Source: Candidatus Pelethomonas sp. (GTDB taxonomy: Bacteria > Bacillota > Clostridia > Oscillospirales > Oscillospiraceae). From it: DNA of 64,000 nucleotides. Location of the stretch: the NCBI GenBank assembly GCA_048404665.1, contig DBFJQM010000002.1, positions 18,845-82,844 on the forward strand, read 5' to 3'. Shown here piece by piece: positions 36,563-44,664 of the stretch. A program made the position numbers and the translations under genes. Position 1 is the stretch's first letter, and each line of letters opens with the position of its first letter. Under the pieces are notes generated by a model. That model was not told the origin of the DNA and ran no database searches. It saw only the letters and a program-made list of their open reading frames with translations.

Positions 36563-36736
36563 TCAATGGTCTTTTTCCCCAGTGTCCGGGGCCTTTTTCC
36601 CCTCCAGATACAGCTCCTCCGCGGCCTGCTGGCCCTTCTTCAGGATGTCCGCCGCCTGACCGTAGTTTTGCCGTTCCAGCGCCTCCAGCGCGTCCGTGAT
36701 GCTGTTGAACAGCTTCAGATACATCTTCTTATACAT
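36563..36736 (-). CDS. Small helical hypothetical protein (57 aa)
   Basis: MYKKMYLKLFNSITDALEALERQNYGQAADILKKGQQAAEELYLEGKK...; ATG 36736 behind AAGGAGG. Divergent from the XRE gene. Confidence 0.5.
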   Translation of the reverse strand: MYKKMYLKLFNSITDALEALERQNYGQAADILKKGQQAAEELYLEGKKAPDTGEKDH

Positions 36737-36878
36737 GGCGATTCCTCCTTCTATAAACTGATAATTCAACTATAAATGTGGAAAACTAACTTGTCAAGAG
36801 TTTTTCTACTTTTGACAATCGTTTATTTTCAAGTCGAGATTTGCATTAATAGTATCAGTAGAAAGTGAGGGGTGAATC

Positions 36879-37205
36879 ATGCAGCTGGATTATACTGTCA
36901 TCGGAAAGCGAATTGCTGCCCGCCGCAAGGCCCAGGGCCTGACACAGGCTGTTGCCAGCGAACTGGCTGATATCAGCCCCACATACATGTCCAGTATCGA
37001 GCGGGCGGTTTCCATCCCCTCCACGGAGGTCATCATGCGTCTGGCGGCGGCGCTGGACACCACGCCGGACGAGTTCCTGGTGGGCACCGCCCGCCGGGAG
37101 GGGGACGAGTGGAAGAACGTGGCGGAGCTGCTGCGGCCCATGGACCCACAGCAGCTGGCCCTGGCCCGCAGCTTCCTCCAATGGCTGTCGGAACAGAAGC
37201 TGTAG
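36879..37205 (+). CDS. XRE-family helix-turn-helix transcriptional regulator
   Basis: 108 aa, ...IGKRIAARRKAQGLTQAVASELADISPTYMSSIERA...; RBS GTGAGGGG. Confidence 0.85.
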   Translation: MQLDYTVIGKRIAARRKAQGLTQAVASELADISPTYMSSIERAVSIPSTEVIMRLAAALDTTPDEFLVGTARREGDEWKNVAELLRPMDPQQLALARSFLQWLSEQKL

Positions 37206-37248
37206 GAAAGATAGAGCCAGGAGAATATGCTCCTGGCTCTATCTTTCC
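37205..37248 (+). terminator. Perfect 19-bp hairpin at the XRE stop codon
   Basis: GGAAAGATAGAGCCAGGAG-aatatg-CTCCTGGCTCTATCTTTCC; weak U-tract. Confidence 0.5.
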
Positions 37249-37287
37249 TCTGGTCCCTGCCGCGGCTTCGCCTTGGCAAGGGGATTC

Positions 37288-37315
37288 AAAAAAGCGCGCT
37301 TACGCGCGCTTTTTT
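37288..37315. terminator. Bidirectional terminator downstream of the GGGtGRT gene
   Basis: AAAAAAGCGCGC-ttac-GCGCGCTTTTTT. Confidence 0.7.
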
Positions 37316-37324
37316 GATGATATT

Positions 37325-38323
37325 TTACTTCAGGCTCTCGGCAACGGCCACGGCCACGGCGACGGTAGCGCCCACCATGGGGTTGTTGCCCATGCCCAAA
37401 AAGCCCATCATCTCCACATGGGCGGGGACGGAGGAGCTGCCGGCGAACTGGGCGTCGGAGTGCATCCGGCCCATGGTGTCGGTCATGCCGTAGCTGGCGG
37501 GACCGGCGGCCATGTTGTCGGGGTGCAGGGTGCGGCCCGTGCCGCCGCCGGAGGCGACGGAGAAGTACTTCTTGCCCTGCTCGATGCACTCTTTCTTATA
37601 GGTGCCGGCGACGGGATGCTGGAAGCGGGTCGGGTTGGTGGAGTTGCCGGTGATGGAAACGTCCACGCCCTCGGCGTGCATGATGGCCACGCCCTCCCGG
37701 ACGTCGTCAGCGCCGTAGCAGCGGACGTTGGCCCGCTCGCCCTCGCTGTAGCGGATCTCCCGGACGATCTTCAGCTCGCTGGTGTAGTAGTCGAACTGGG
37801 TCTGGACGTAGGTGAAGCCGTTGATGCGGCTGATGATCTGGGCGGCGTCCTTGCCCAGGCCGTTGAGGATGACCCGCAGGGGCTCCTTCCGGGCCTTGTT
37901 GGCGTTCTTGACGATGCCGATGGCGCCCTCGGCGGCGGCGAAGGACTCGTGGCCGGCCAGGAAGGCGAAGCACTTGGACTCGTCGCTGAGCAGCATGGCG
38001 CCCAGGTTGCCGTGGCCCAGGCCCACCTTGCGGTCGTCGGCCACAGACCCGTCAATGCAGAAGGCCTGGAGGCCCTCGCCGATGGCCCGGGCGGCGTCGG
38101 CGGCGGTCTTGACGCCCTTCTTGATGGCAATGGCCGCGCCTACGCAGTAGGCCCAGCAGGCGTTCTCAAAGCAGATGGGCTGGATGCCCTTGACGATCTC
38201 GTAGGGGTCAAAGCCCTTGGCCTTGCAGATCTCCCGGCACTCCTCCACACTCCCGATGCCGTACTGAGCGAGGACGCCGTTGATCTTGTCGATTCTTCTC
38301 TCGTAGCTTTCAAACAGAGCCAT
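37325..38323 (-). CDS. GGGtGRT-family protein (uncharacterised conserved family)
   Basis: 332 aa containing the eponymous ...SVASGGGTGRTLHPDN... motif. Confidence 0.85.
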   Translation of the reverse strand: MALFESYERRIDKINGVLAQYGIGSVEECREICKAKGFDPYEIVKGIQPICFENACWAYCVGAAIAIKKGVKTAADAARAIGEGLQAFCIDGSVADDRKVGLGHGNLGAMLLSDESKCFAFLAGHESFAAAEGAIGIVKNANKARKEPLRVILNGLGKDAAQIISRINGFTYVQTQFDYYTSELKIVREIRYSEGERANVRCYGADDVREGVAIMHAEGVDVSITGNSTNPTRFQHPVAGTYKKECIEQGKKYFSVASGGGTGRTLHPDNMAAGPASYGMTDTMGRMHSDAQFAGSSSVPAHVEMMGFLGMGNNPMVGATVAVAVAVAESLK

Positions 38324-38341
38324 TTTCTATGTCCTCCTCTC

Positions 38342-39034
38342 TTATTCCTGCCGGGGGTCGATGTACTTCACCGCGGCGTCAAACTGGCCGTAGTGGCCCT
38401 TGGCCTTCTCCAGGGCGGTGTTGGCGTCGTCGCCCTTCTTGATGAAGTCCATCATCTTGCCCAGGTTCACAAACTCGTAGCCGATGACCTCGTCGTCGGC
38501 GTTCAGGGCCATGCGGGTGCAGTAGCCCTCGGCCATCTCCAGGTAGCGGGGGCCCTTGGCCTTGGTGCCGAACATGGTGCCGATCTGGCTGCGCAGGCCC
38601 TTGCCCAGGTCCTCCAGGGAGGCGCCCACGGCCAGGCCGCCCTCGGAGAAGGCGGACTGGGTGCGGCCGTACACGATCTGCAGGAACAGCTCCCGCATGG
38701 CGGTGTTGATAGCGTCGCACACCAGGTCGGTGTTCAGGGCCTCCAGGATGGTCTTGCCAATGAGGATCTCGCTGGCCATGGCGGCGGAGTGGGTCATACC
38801 GGAGCAGCCCAGGGTCTCCACCAGGGCCTCCTCGATGACGCCGTTTTTCACGTTCAGGGTCAGCTTGCAGGCGCCCTGCTGGGGAGCGCACCAGCCCACG
38901 CCGTGGGTGAAGCCGCTGATGTCCTGAATGTCCTTGGCCTGGACCCACTTGCCCTCCTCAGGGATGGGAGCGGGACCATGGTACGCGCCCTTGGCGACGG
39001 GGCACATGTTCTGTACTTCGGTGGAATAGATCAT
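38342..39034 (-). CDS. NifU/IscU-like Fe-S scaffold-domain protein with C-terminal extension
   Basis: 230 aa with the three-Cys pattern GACKLTL / LGCSGMTHSAAMASE / LVCDAINTA, resembling the IscU N-terminal domain. Sits 18 nt upstream of the GGGtGRT gene. Confidence 0.7.
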   Translation of the reverse strand: MIYSTEVQNMCPVAKGAYHGPAPIPEEGKWVQAKDIQDISGFTHGVGWCAPQQGACKLTLNVKNGVIEEALVETLGCSGMTHSAAMASEILIGKTILEALNTDLVCDAINTAMRELFLQIVYGRTQSAFSEGGLAVGASLEDLGKGLRSQIGTMFGTKAKGPRYLEMAEGYCTRMALNADDEVIGYEFVNLGKMMDFIKKGDDANTALEKAKGHYGQFDAAVKYIDPRQE

Positions 39035-39140
39035 GGCGGATATTCCTTTCTATCGTATTGTCACTAGCCCCGCCGTCGTTTGCGGGACCGGATGGCGAAA
39101 AGCGTTCCGGAATGGAGAATCCCATTACCCGGCACTATAA

Positions 39141-39169
39141 ATTATAGAAAACAGCGCCCGCTTTGTCAA
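39141..39169 (-). promoter_or_regulatory. Consensus sigma-A promoter of the NifU-like/GGGtGRT operon
   Basis: Minus strand TTGACA, 17 nt, TATAAT (both hexamers perfect); about 100-nt leader with hairpins. Confidence 0.6.
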
Positions 39170-39257
39170 GGCGAACGTTTTTCCTTTTCCCACAAAAATC
39201 ACGGCTCTGCCCTCCGTTTTCCCGGCAAACGGGCCTCTCTCCACGGTTTATCCCCTG

Positions 39258-39315
39258 AAAAAGCGCCAAAGAGGCGTCCGGGCGGTCTTGAGACCCGGAC
39301 GCCCCCTTGGCGCTT
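39258..39315 (-). terminator. Strong intrinsic terminator in the ORF-free region
   Basis: Minus strand AGCGCCAAGGGGGCGTCCGGG-loop-CCCGGACGCCTCTTTGGCGCT + TTTTT. Confidence 0.6.
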
Positions 39316-39463
39316 TCATATAGACACGTGTGAGAGGAGAGAGCTGTTCCTGTGCCGCCGCCCCATCGGCCGCACAGAGAAACACGATTCAAGCGGGCGC
39401 AAAAAACGCGCCCTGCACCGATTCCCAGGACGCGCAAGGCCCCCCTGCGGATGCAGTGAGGCC

Positions 39464-39620
39464 AAAACAAAAAGCGGCGCTTCCGGTTTCGGCGGAGTGC
39501 CGTCGCCCGCCATGTATCTGACTGATCCTCTCAGGGAGGCTTCACAGTGACCGACTCGCAGGGAATTTCACCCTATTCCATGGGCCGCTGACGCGGCGCG
39601 GGGCGACGCAGTATTCTCTT
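39464..39620 (-). promoter_or_regulatory. Candidate cobalamin riboswitch with terminator expression platform
   Basis: Minus strand ...CCATGGAATAGGGTGAAATTCCCTGCGAGTCGGTCACTGTGAAGCC...ATCAGTCAGATACATGGCGGG..., then a GC hairpin + TTTTTGTTTT. Matched from memory to the conserved B12 riboswitch core and B12 box; not verified with a covariance model. Confidence 0.55.
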
Positions 39621-39627
39621 ACTTGTG

Positions 39628-39656
39628 ATGATACCACACCAAACGCCGTTTGTAAA
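39628..39656 (-). promoter_or_regulatory. Promoter of the riboswitch-like unit
   Basis: Minus strand TTTACA, 17 nt, TATCAT with TG-extended -10 (TGGTATCAT). Confidence 0.5.
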
Positions 39657-39708
39657 GCGCCCGGGCGAGAAAAATTTTATTTGCCCTCCCCTCTCCGGCG
39701 GAAACATC

Positions 39709-39737
39709 TTGCCAATCCGTGCGCGCCGTCGTATAAT
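39709..39737 (+). promoter_or_regulatory. Putative ridA promoter
   Basis: TTGCCA, 17 nt, TATAAT; about 110-nt leader. Confidence 0.5.
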
Positions 39738-39851
39738 GAAAGACAAGCGGCCTTAGACGCCGGCCCCGTCCCGGACGCCGGCCCTTGAGACCGTCCGGAC
39801 AGATCCTGCGCAGCAGCGATGATTATTTTTTTGACATAGGAGGAACTACCA

Positions 39852-40220
39852 ATGAACGTGCTGGAAACCAAGAACGCCCCCGCCGCTATCGGCCCCTACT
39901 CCCAGGGGTATGAGGTGAACGGCTTTGTCTTCACCTCCGGCCAGATCCCCGTGGACCCCGCCAACGGCCAGGTCCCCGCGGGCATTGAGGCCCAGGCGGA
40001 GCAGAGCTGCAAGAACGTGGCCGCCGTGCTGGCCGCCGCAGGCGCCGGCCTGGAGCAGGTCTTCAAGACCACCTGCTTCCTGGCGGACATGGGCGACTTT
40101 GCCGCCTTCAATCAGGTCTACGCCCGCTACTTCACCTCCAAGCCCGCCCGCTCCTGCGTGGCGGTAAAGGACCTGCCCAAGGGCGTCCTGTGCGAGATCG
40201 AGGCCATCGCGGCCAGGTAA
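39852..40220 (+). CDS. ridA: RidA-family reactive enamine/imine deaminase
   Basis: 122 aa, MNVLETKNAPAAIGPYSQGYEVNGFVFTSGQIP...CEIEAIA; RBS TAGGAGGA. Confidence 0.9.
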   Translation: MNVLETKNAPAAIGPYSQGYEVNGFVFTSGQIPVDPANGQVPAGIEAQAEQSCKNVAAVLAAAGAGLEQVFKTTCFLADMGDFAAFNQVYARYFTSKPARSCVAVKDLPKGVLCEIEAIAAR

Positions 40221-40234
40221 GCGGCCCCGCCGGG

Positions 40235-40275
40235 AAAAAGCCACCCCTCCGCCTATGGCGGAGGGGTGGCTTTTT
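40235..40275. terminator. Bidirectional terminator between ridA and the V-ATPase operon
   Basis: AAAAAGCCACCCCTCCGCC-tat-GGCGGAGGGGTGGCTTTTT. Confidence 0.75.
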
Positions 40276-40279
40276 GTCC

Positions 40280-40942
40280 TTATGTGGCCGGTTCCTTGAA
40301 CTGGTGGGCGTCGGCCAGCACCATGTCCTTCACCTTCATCAGGCGGGTGATGTTGCCGCGCTCGTTCTCGTCCAGCTTCATGGAGATATACCGGATCTTC
40401 TGCTGGAAGTCGGGGATCATCACGTACTCCAGGGCGTTGACCCGGCGGCGGGTCTTTTCGATGTCCTCCGCCAGCAGCTGCATGGTCTTCTCCACCTGGG
40501 CCAGCTCCAGCATGTCCTGGAACACCGCCGCCAGCTCCTCCAGGGCGGCGTCCAGCTCGCCGGAGGTCTGGGCGAAGCCGTAGGGATAGATCTCCGTGGG
40601 GTCGTCGTTGCGGGTCTTGAACTGGTACTGGGGCACGTTGACGCTCATGATGTTCTTGAACGTCATGTCCAGCTCCACGCTCTGCTTGGGGTACAGCAGG
40701 GCCTGCTCCAGCATCTCCGGGCTCATGACGGCGGAGGTCACGGTAAAGGCGGCGTTGGCCCGCTCCAGGCCCTGCTCCACCTTGGCCCGCAGCTCCCGGT
40801 TCCGGCGGACGATCTCCAAAAACTGCTTCATCAGCTCATCCCGCTTGTCCTTCAGCAGCTTGTGGCCCCGGGAGGCGGTCTTGAGACGCCCCTTCAGCCG
40901 GGTCAGCTCCATTCTGGTGGGATTGATGGTCGTGGAAGCCAT
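40280..40942 (-). CDS. ntpD: V-type ATP synthase subunit D
   Basis: 220 aa, MASTTINPTRMELTRLKGRLKTASRGHKLLKDKRDEL.... Confidence 0.9.
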   Translation of the reverse strand: MASTTINPTRMELTRLKGRLKTASRGHKLLKDKRDELMKQFLEIVRRNRELRAKVEQGLERANAAFTVTSAVMSPEMLEQALLYPKQSVELDMTFKNIMSVNVPQYQFKTRNDDPTEIYPYGFAQTSGELDAALEELAAVFQDMLELAQVEKTMQLLAEDIEKTRRRVNALEYVMIPDFQQKIRYISMKLDENERGNITRLMKVKDMVLADAHQFKEPAT

Positions 40943-40980
40943 GGTTCACCTCCTCCCCCCTATCGGGGAAAATCGCCGGG

Positions 40981-42360
40981 TCATTCCTGCTTGGGCAGGT
41001 ACTTGTCGATCATGTCCTGCTTGATCCGCTTCAGCTCGCCCCGGGGCAGGATGCTCAGCAGCTCCCAGCCCAGGTCCAGGGTCTCCTGGATGGTGCGGTT
41101 CTCCTCCTGGCCCTGGCTGACGTAGCGCTTTTCAAACTCGTCGGCGAACTTGGCGTACAGCAGGTCCGTGGGGGTCAGGGCGGACTCACCCAGAATGGTC
41201 ATCAGCTCCTTGGCCTCCTTGCCGGTGGCGTAGGCCGCGAACAGCTGGTTCATGGTGGCGGCGTGGTCCTCCCGGGTCTTGCCCTCGCCGATGCCCTTGT
41301 CCTTCAGACGGCTCAGGGAGGGCAGCACGTCCACCGGGGGCAGCACGCCCTTGCGGTACAGGTCCCGGCTGAGGATGATCTGGCCCTCGGTGATATAGCC
41401 GGTCAGGTCGGGGATGGGGTGGGTCTTGTCGTCCTCGGGCATGGTGAGAATGGGGATCATGGTGATGGAGCCGGGCTTGCCCAGCTGGCGGCCGGCCCGC
41501 TCGTAGATGGTGGCCAGGTTGGTGTACAGATAGCCCGGATAGCCCCGGCGGCCGGGGACCTCCTTCTTGGCGGCGGACACCTCCCGCAGGGCCTCGGCGT
41601 AGTTGGTGATATCCGTCAGGATCACCAGCACGTGCATATCCTTCTCAAAGGCCAGGTACTCCGCGGCGGTCAGGGCCATACGGGGGGTGGCGATACGCTC
41701 CACGGCGGGGTCGTTGGCCAGGTTGGTGAACAGCACCGTCCGGTCAATGGCCCCGGTGCGCTTGAACTCGTTGACGAAGTACTCTGACTCCTCAAAGGTG
41801 ATGCCGATGGCGGCGAACACCACGGCGAAGTTGGCGCTCTCGTCCCCCAGCACCTTGGCCTGGCGGGCGATCTGGGCGGCCAGCTGGGCGTGGGGCAGGC
41901 CGGAGGCGGAGAAGATAGGCAGCTTCTGGCCCCGAACCAGGGTGTTCAGCCCGTCGATGGTGGAGACGCCGGTCTGGATAAACTCGTTGGGGTAGTCCCG
42001 GGCGGCGGGGTTCATGGGCAGGCCGTTGATATCCATGTACTTGTCCGGCAGGATATCGGGGCCGCCGTCGATGGGACGGCCCATGCCGTTGAACACCCGG
42101 CCCAGCATGTCGGCGCTGACCCCCAGCTGCAGGGGGTGGCCCAGGAAACGGATCTTGGAGTCCCGCAGGTTGATGCCGGCGGAGGACTCGAAGAGCTGGA
42201 CCACGGCCTTGTCGCCGTTGACCTCCAGCACCTGGCAGCGGCGGATGCCGCCGTCGGGGAGCTGGATCTCCGCCAGCTCGTCGAAGGTGACGCCCTCCAC
42301 GTGCTCCACCACCATCAGGGGGCCGGCGACCTCGTGTATGGTACGGTATTCCTTTATCAT
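40981..42360 (-). CDS. ntpB: V-type ATP synthase subunit B
   Basis: 459 aa; typical regulatory B subunit. Confidence 0.95.
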   Translation of the reverse strand: MIKEYRTIHEVAGPLMVVEHVEGVTFDELAEIQLPDGGIRRCQVLEVNGDKAVVQLFESSAGINLRDSKIRFLGHPLQLGVSADMLGRVFNGMGRPIDGGPDILPDKYMDINGLPMNPAARDYPNEFIQTGVSTIDGLNTLVRGQKLPIFSASGLPHAQLAAQIARQAKVLGDESANFAVVFAAIGITFEESEYFVNEFKRTGAIDRTVLFTNLANDPAVERIATPRMALTAAEYLAFEKDMHVLVILTDITNYAEALREVSAAKKEVPGRRGYPGYLYTNLATIYERAGRQLGKPGSITMIPILTMPEDDKTHPIPDLTGYITEGQIILSRDLYRKGVLPPVDVLPSLSRLKDKGIGEGKTREDHAATMNQLFAAYATGKEAKELMTILGESALTPTDLLYAKFADEFEKRYVSQGQEENRTIQETLDLGWELLSILPRGELKRIKQDMIDKYLPKQE

Positions 42361-44138
42361 AGCTCAGCACCTGCTTTCTCCACGGCGGCGTCGATCTGCT
42401 CCGCCATCGCCTGGGCGATACCGGCGTAGACCTGGACGTAGCTGTCGGCGTCCACGCTCTTGGCACGGCCGATCTGCTCCTTGGCGGGGATGGCCAGCAG
42501 GTCCGTCAGATGGGCGCCCTTGGCCACGGCCTCCCGGGCCAGCCGGTCATAGTCGAGGATCAGCCCCAGCAGGCGCATCTGCCGGTCATGGCTGGAGTAG
42601 CTGTCCACGTCCATAAAGGCGTTTTGCTGCAAAAAGTCCTCCCGGACCATCTTGGCGGTCTCCAGGGTCAGCTGGTCCGCCGGGCTGAGGGAGTCCTTGC
42701 CCACCAGCTGGACGATCTCGTTGAGCTCGTTCTCCTCCTGGAGGAGGCTCATGGCCTTGTTGCGGTTTTCCATGAAGGCGGGGCCGAAGTGCTGGTCGAA
42801 CCAGGGCTTCATGGTGTCCAGGTACAGGGAGTAGGAATTCAGCCAGTTGATGGCGGGGAAATGGCGGCGGTAGGCCAGGGAGGCGTCCAGGGACCAGAAC
42901 ACCTTGACGATGCGCATGGTGCCCTGACTCACCGGCTCGGACAGGTCGCCGCCGGGAGGCGACACCGCGCCCACGGCGGTGAGGCTGCCCTGGCGGTCCT
43001 CCGTGCCCATGCACTGCACCACGCCGGCCCGCTCGTAGAACTGGGCCAGGCGGCTGGCCAGGTAGGCGGGGTAGCCCTCCTCGCCGGGCATCTCCTCCAG
43101 GCGGCCGCTCATCTCCCGCAGGGCCTCGGCCCAGCGGGAGGTGGAGTCGGCGATGACGGCCACGTCGTAGCCCATATCCCGGAAGTACTCGGCGATGGTG
43201 ATGCCGGTGTACACCGACGCCTCACGGGCGGCCACAGGCATATCGGAGGTGTTGGCAATGAGCACCGTCCGCTTCATCAGGGACTCCCCGGTGCGGGGGT
43301 CGGTCAGCTCCGGGAACTCCCGCAGCACGTCGGTCATCTCGTTGCCCCGCTCGCCGCAGCCCACGTACACCACGATGTCCACATCGGACCACTTGGCCAG
43401 GGCGTGCTGGACCACGGTCTTGCCGGAGCCGAAGGGGCCGGGCACGGCGGCGGTGCCGCCCTTGGCGATGGGGAACATGGTGTCGATGATCCGCTGGCCG
43501 GACTGGAGGGGGACCACGGGGTTGAACTTCTTCTTGTAGGGGCGGCCCACGCGGACCGGCCACTTCTGGACCATGGTCAGCTCCTTCGTCTCGCCCTTGT
43601 CGGTGCGGACCTTAGCCACCACCTGGTCAACGGTGTAGTCTCCGGGCTGGATGGCCCACTCCAGGACGCCGCTGACGCCGTTGGGGACCATGATCTTGTG
43701 GAGCACCACCTCGGTCTCCGGGACGGTGCCCAGCACGTCGCCGCCGGTCACCTTGTCCCCCGCCTTGGCCACGGGGGTATAGGCCCACTTCTTCTCCCGG
43801 CTCAGGGCGGGGACCTCCACGCCTCTGGCCAGGTTGTTGGAGTTGGTCTTTTTGACGATCTCCTCCAGCGGGCGCTGGATGCCGTCGTAGATATTCTCGA
43901 TGATGCCCGGCCCCAGCTCCACGCTGAGGGGCGCGCCGGTGGATTCCACCTCTGCGCCGGGGCCCAGGCCGCTGGTCTCCTCGTAGACCTGGATGGAGGC
44001 CTGGTCGCCGGTCATGGTCAGGATCTCGCCGATCAGCCGCTGTTCGCCCACCCGGACCACGTCCGCCATGTTGGCGCCGGCCATACCGTCGGCCACCACC
44101 AGAGGGCCGGAGACCTTGATGATCTTTCCTTGGCTCAT
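42357..44138 (-). CDS. ntpA: V-type ATP synthase catalytic subunit A
   Basis: 593 aa with Walker [10 protein letters not shown]; overlaps the ntpB start. Confidence 0.95.
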   Translation of the reverse strand: MSQGKIIKVSGPLVVADGMAGANMADVVRVGEQRLIGEILTMTGDQASIQVYEETSGLGPGAEVESTGAPLSVELGPGIIENIYDGIQRPLEEIVKKTNSNNLARGVEVPALSREKKWAYTPVAKAGDKVTGGDVLGTVPETEVVLHKIMVPNGVSGVLEWAIQPGDYTVDQVVAKVRTDKGETKELTMVQKWPVRVGRPYKKKFNPVVPLQSGQRIIDTMFPIAKGGTAAVPGPFGSGKTVVQHALAKWSDVDIVVYVGCGERGNEMTDVLREFPELTDPRTGESLMKRTVLIANTSDMPVAAREASVYTGITIAEYFRDMGYDVAVIADSTSRWAEALREMSGRLEEMPGEEGYPAYLASRLAQFYERAGVVQCMGTEDRQGSLTAVGAVSPPGGDLSEPVSQGTMRIVKVFWSLDASLAYRRHFPAINWLNSYSLYLDTMKPWFDQHFGPAFMENRNKAMSLLQEENELNEIVQLVGKDSLSPADQLTLETAKMVREDFLQQNAFMDVDSYSSHDRQMRLLGLILDYDRLAREAVAKGAHLTDLLAIPAKEQIGRAKSVDADSYVQVYAGIAQAMAEQIDAAVEKAGAEL

Positions 44139-44165
44139 TGCTTCACTGCCTTTCTTGTAAAGGTC

Positions 44166-44337
44166 GCTCTTTTTCTTGTAAGAAAAAGAGCCAAAAAGAA
44201 CTTTTGCGGCAAAACTGCGTTTTGCCTGTCAGATACATACCGAAGTCCGGAGCCGCCTGCATATCATTTCCACGCAAAACGGAGTTTTGCGCAAGGTTTT
44301 TCTTTTGGTTCTTTTCTTTGTCCACAAAGAAAAGAAC
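44166..44337. repeat. Cluster of four perfect hairpins in a low-GC spacer between the subunit F and subunit A genes
   Basis: H1 GCTCTTTTTCTT-gt-AAGAAAAAGAGC (44166-44191). H2 GGCAAAAC-tgc-GTTTTGCC (44208-44226). H3 CGCAAAAC-gga-GTTTTGCG (44273-44291). H4 GTTCTTTTCTTTGT-cc-ACAAAGAAAAGAAC (44308-44337). Confidence 0.6.
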
Positions 44338-44355
44338 GGCCACTTTTTTGATTTT

Positions 44356-44664
44356 TTACGCGATATCGGCGCCTACTGCGCGTTCGACAGCGCTCTGGAG
44401 CGCCTGGGCTCCCAGGCCCATGGCGCCGCCCCTACCGGGAATCAGGATCACCGCGGGGGTCACCTGGGTCTTGTACCGGTCGATGTCCTCTGCCAACTGG
44501 CCCGCCAGCTGCTCGGTGACATAGATGATGGCGTAATTCTCCCGGGCCAGACGGTGCAGCGTGTGCCTGGCCTCCTCCGCATCCTCCGCGAAGAAGGTAT
44601 CCAGACCCAGGGCCTTGAAGCCCAGCACGCTGTCCCGGTCCCCCAGGACCGCGATCTTATACAT
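44356..44664 (-). CDS. V-type ATP synthase subunit F
   Basis: MYKIAVLGDRDSVLGFKALGLDTFF...; ATG 44664 overlaps the end of the subunit C gene. Confidence 0.85.
   Translation of the reverse strand: MYKIAVLGDRDSVLGFKALGLDTFFAEDAEEARHTLHRLARENYAIIYVTEQLAGQLAEDIDRYKTQVTPAVILIPGRGGAMGLGAQALQSAVERAVGADIA

Noticed and set aside
39080-39550. ORFs in the 800-nt gap between the NifU-like gene and ridA (156 aa on the plus strand; 111 aa and 65 aa on the minus strand).
   Set aside because: They are Arg-rich nonsense-like translations with no RBS, and they run through several terminator hairpins and a promoter. The region is better explained as regulatory or non-coding RNA.
39273-39798. Two hairpins with CTTGAGAC-containing loops and swapped CGTCCGG/CCGGACG arms (39273-39303 and 39771-39798).
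   Set aside because: The elements are short (7-10 bp stems, an 8-nt shared loop word). This could be chance in GC-rich sequence, and I have no way to test significance by hand.
44227-44240. The 11-mer GTCAGATACAT is shared between the B12-box-like segment (39511-39527, minus strand) and the V-ATPase spacer (plus strand).
   Set aside because: It is a single short match on opposite strands relative to local transcription, and the surrounding sequence shows no riboswitch-like features.
44143-44343. 66-aa ORF inside the V-ATPase spacer.
   Set aside because: It has no RBS, a Lys/Phe-rich translation dictated by the A/T-rich hairpin arms, and it spans four perfect stem-loops.
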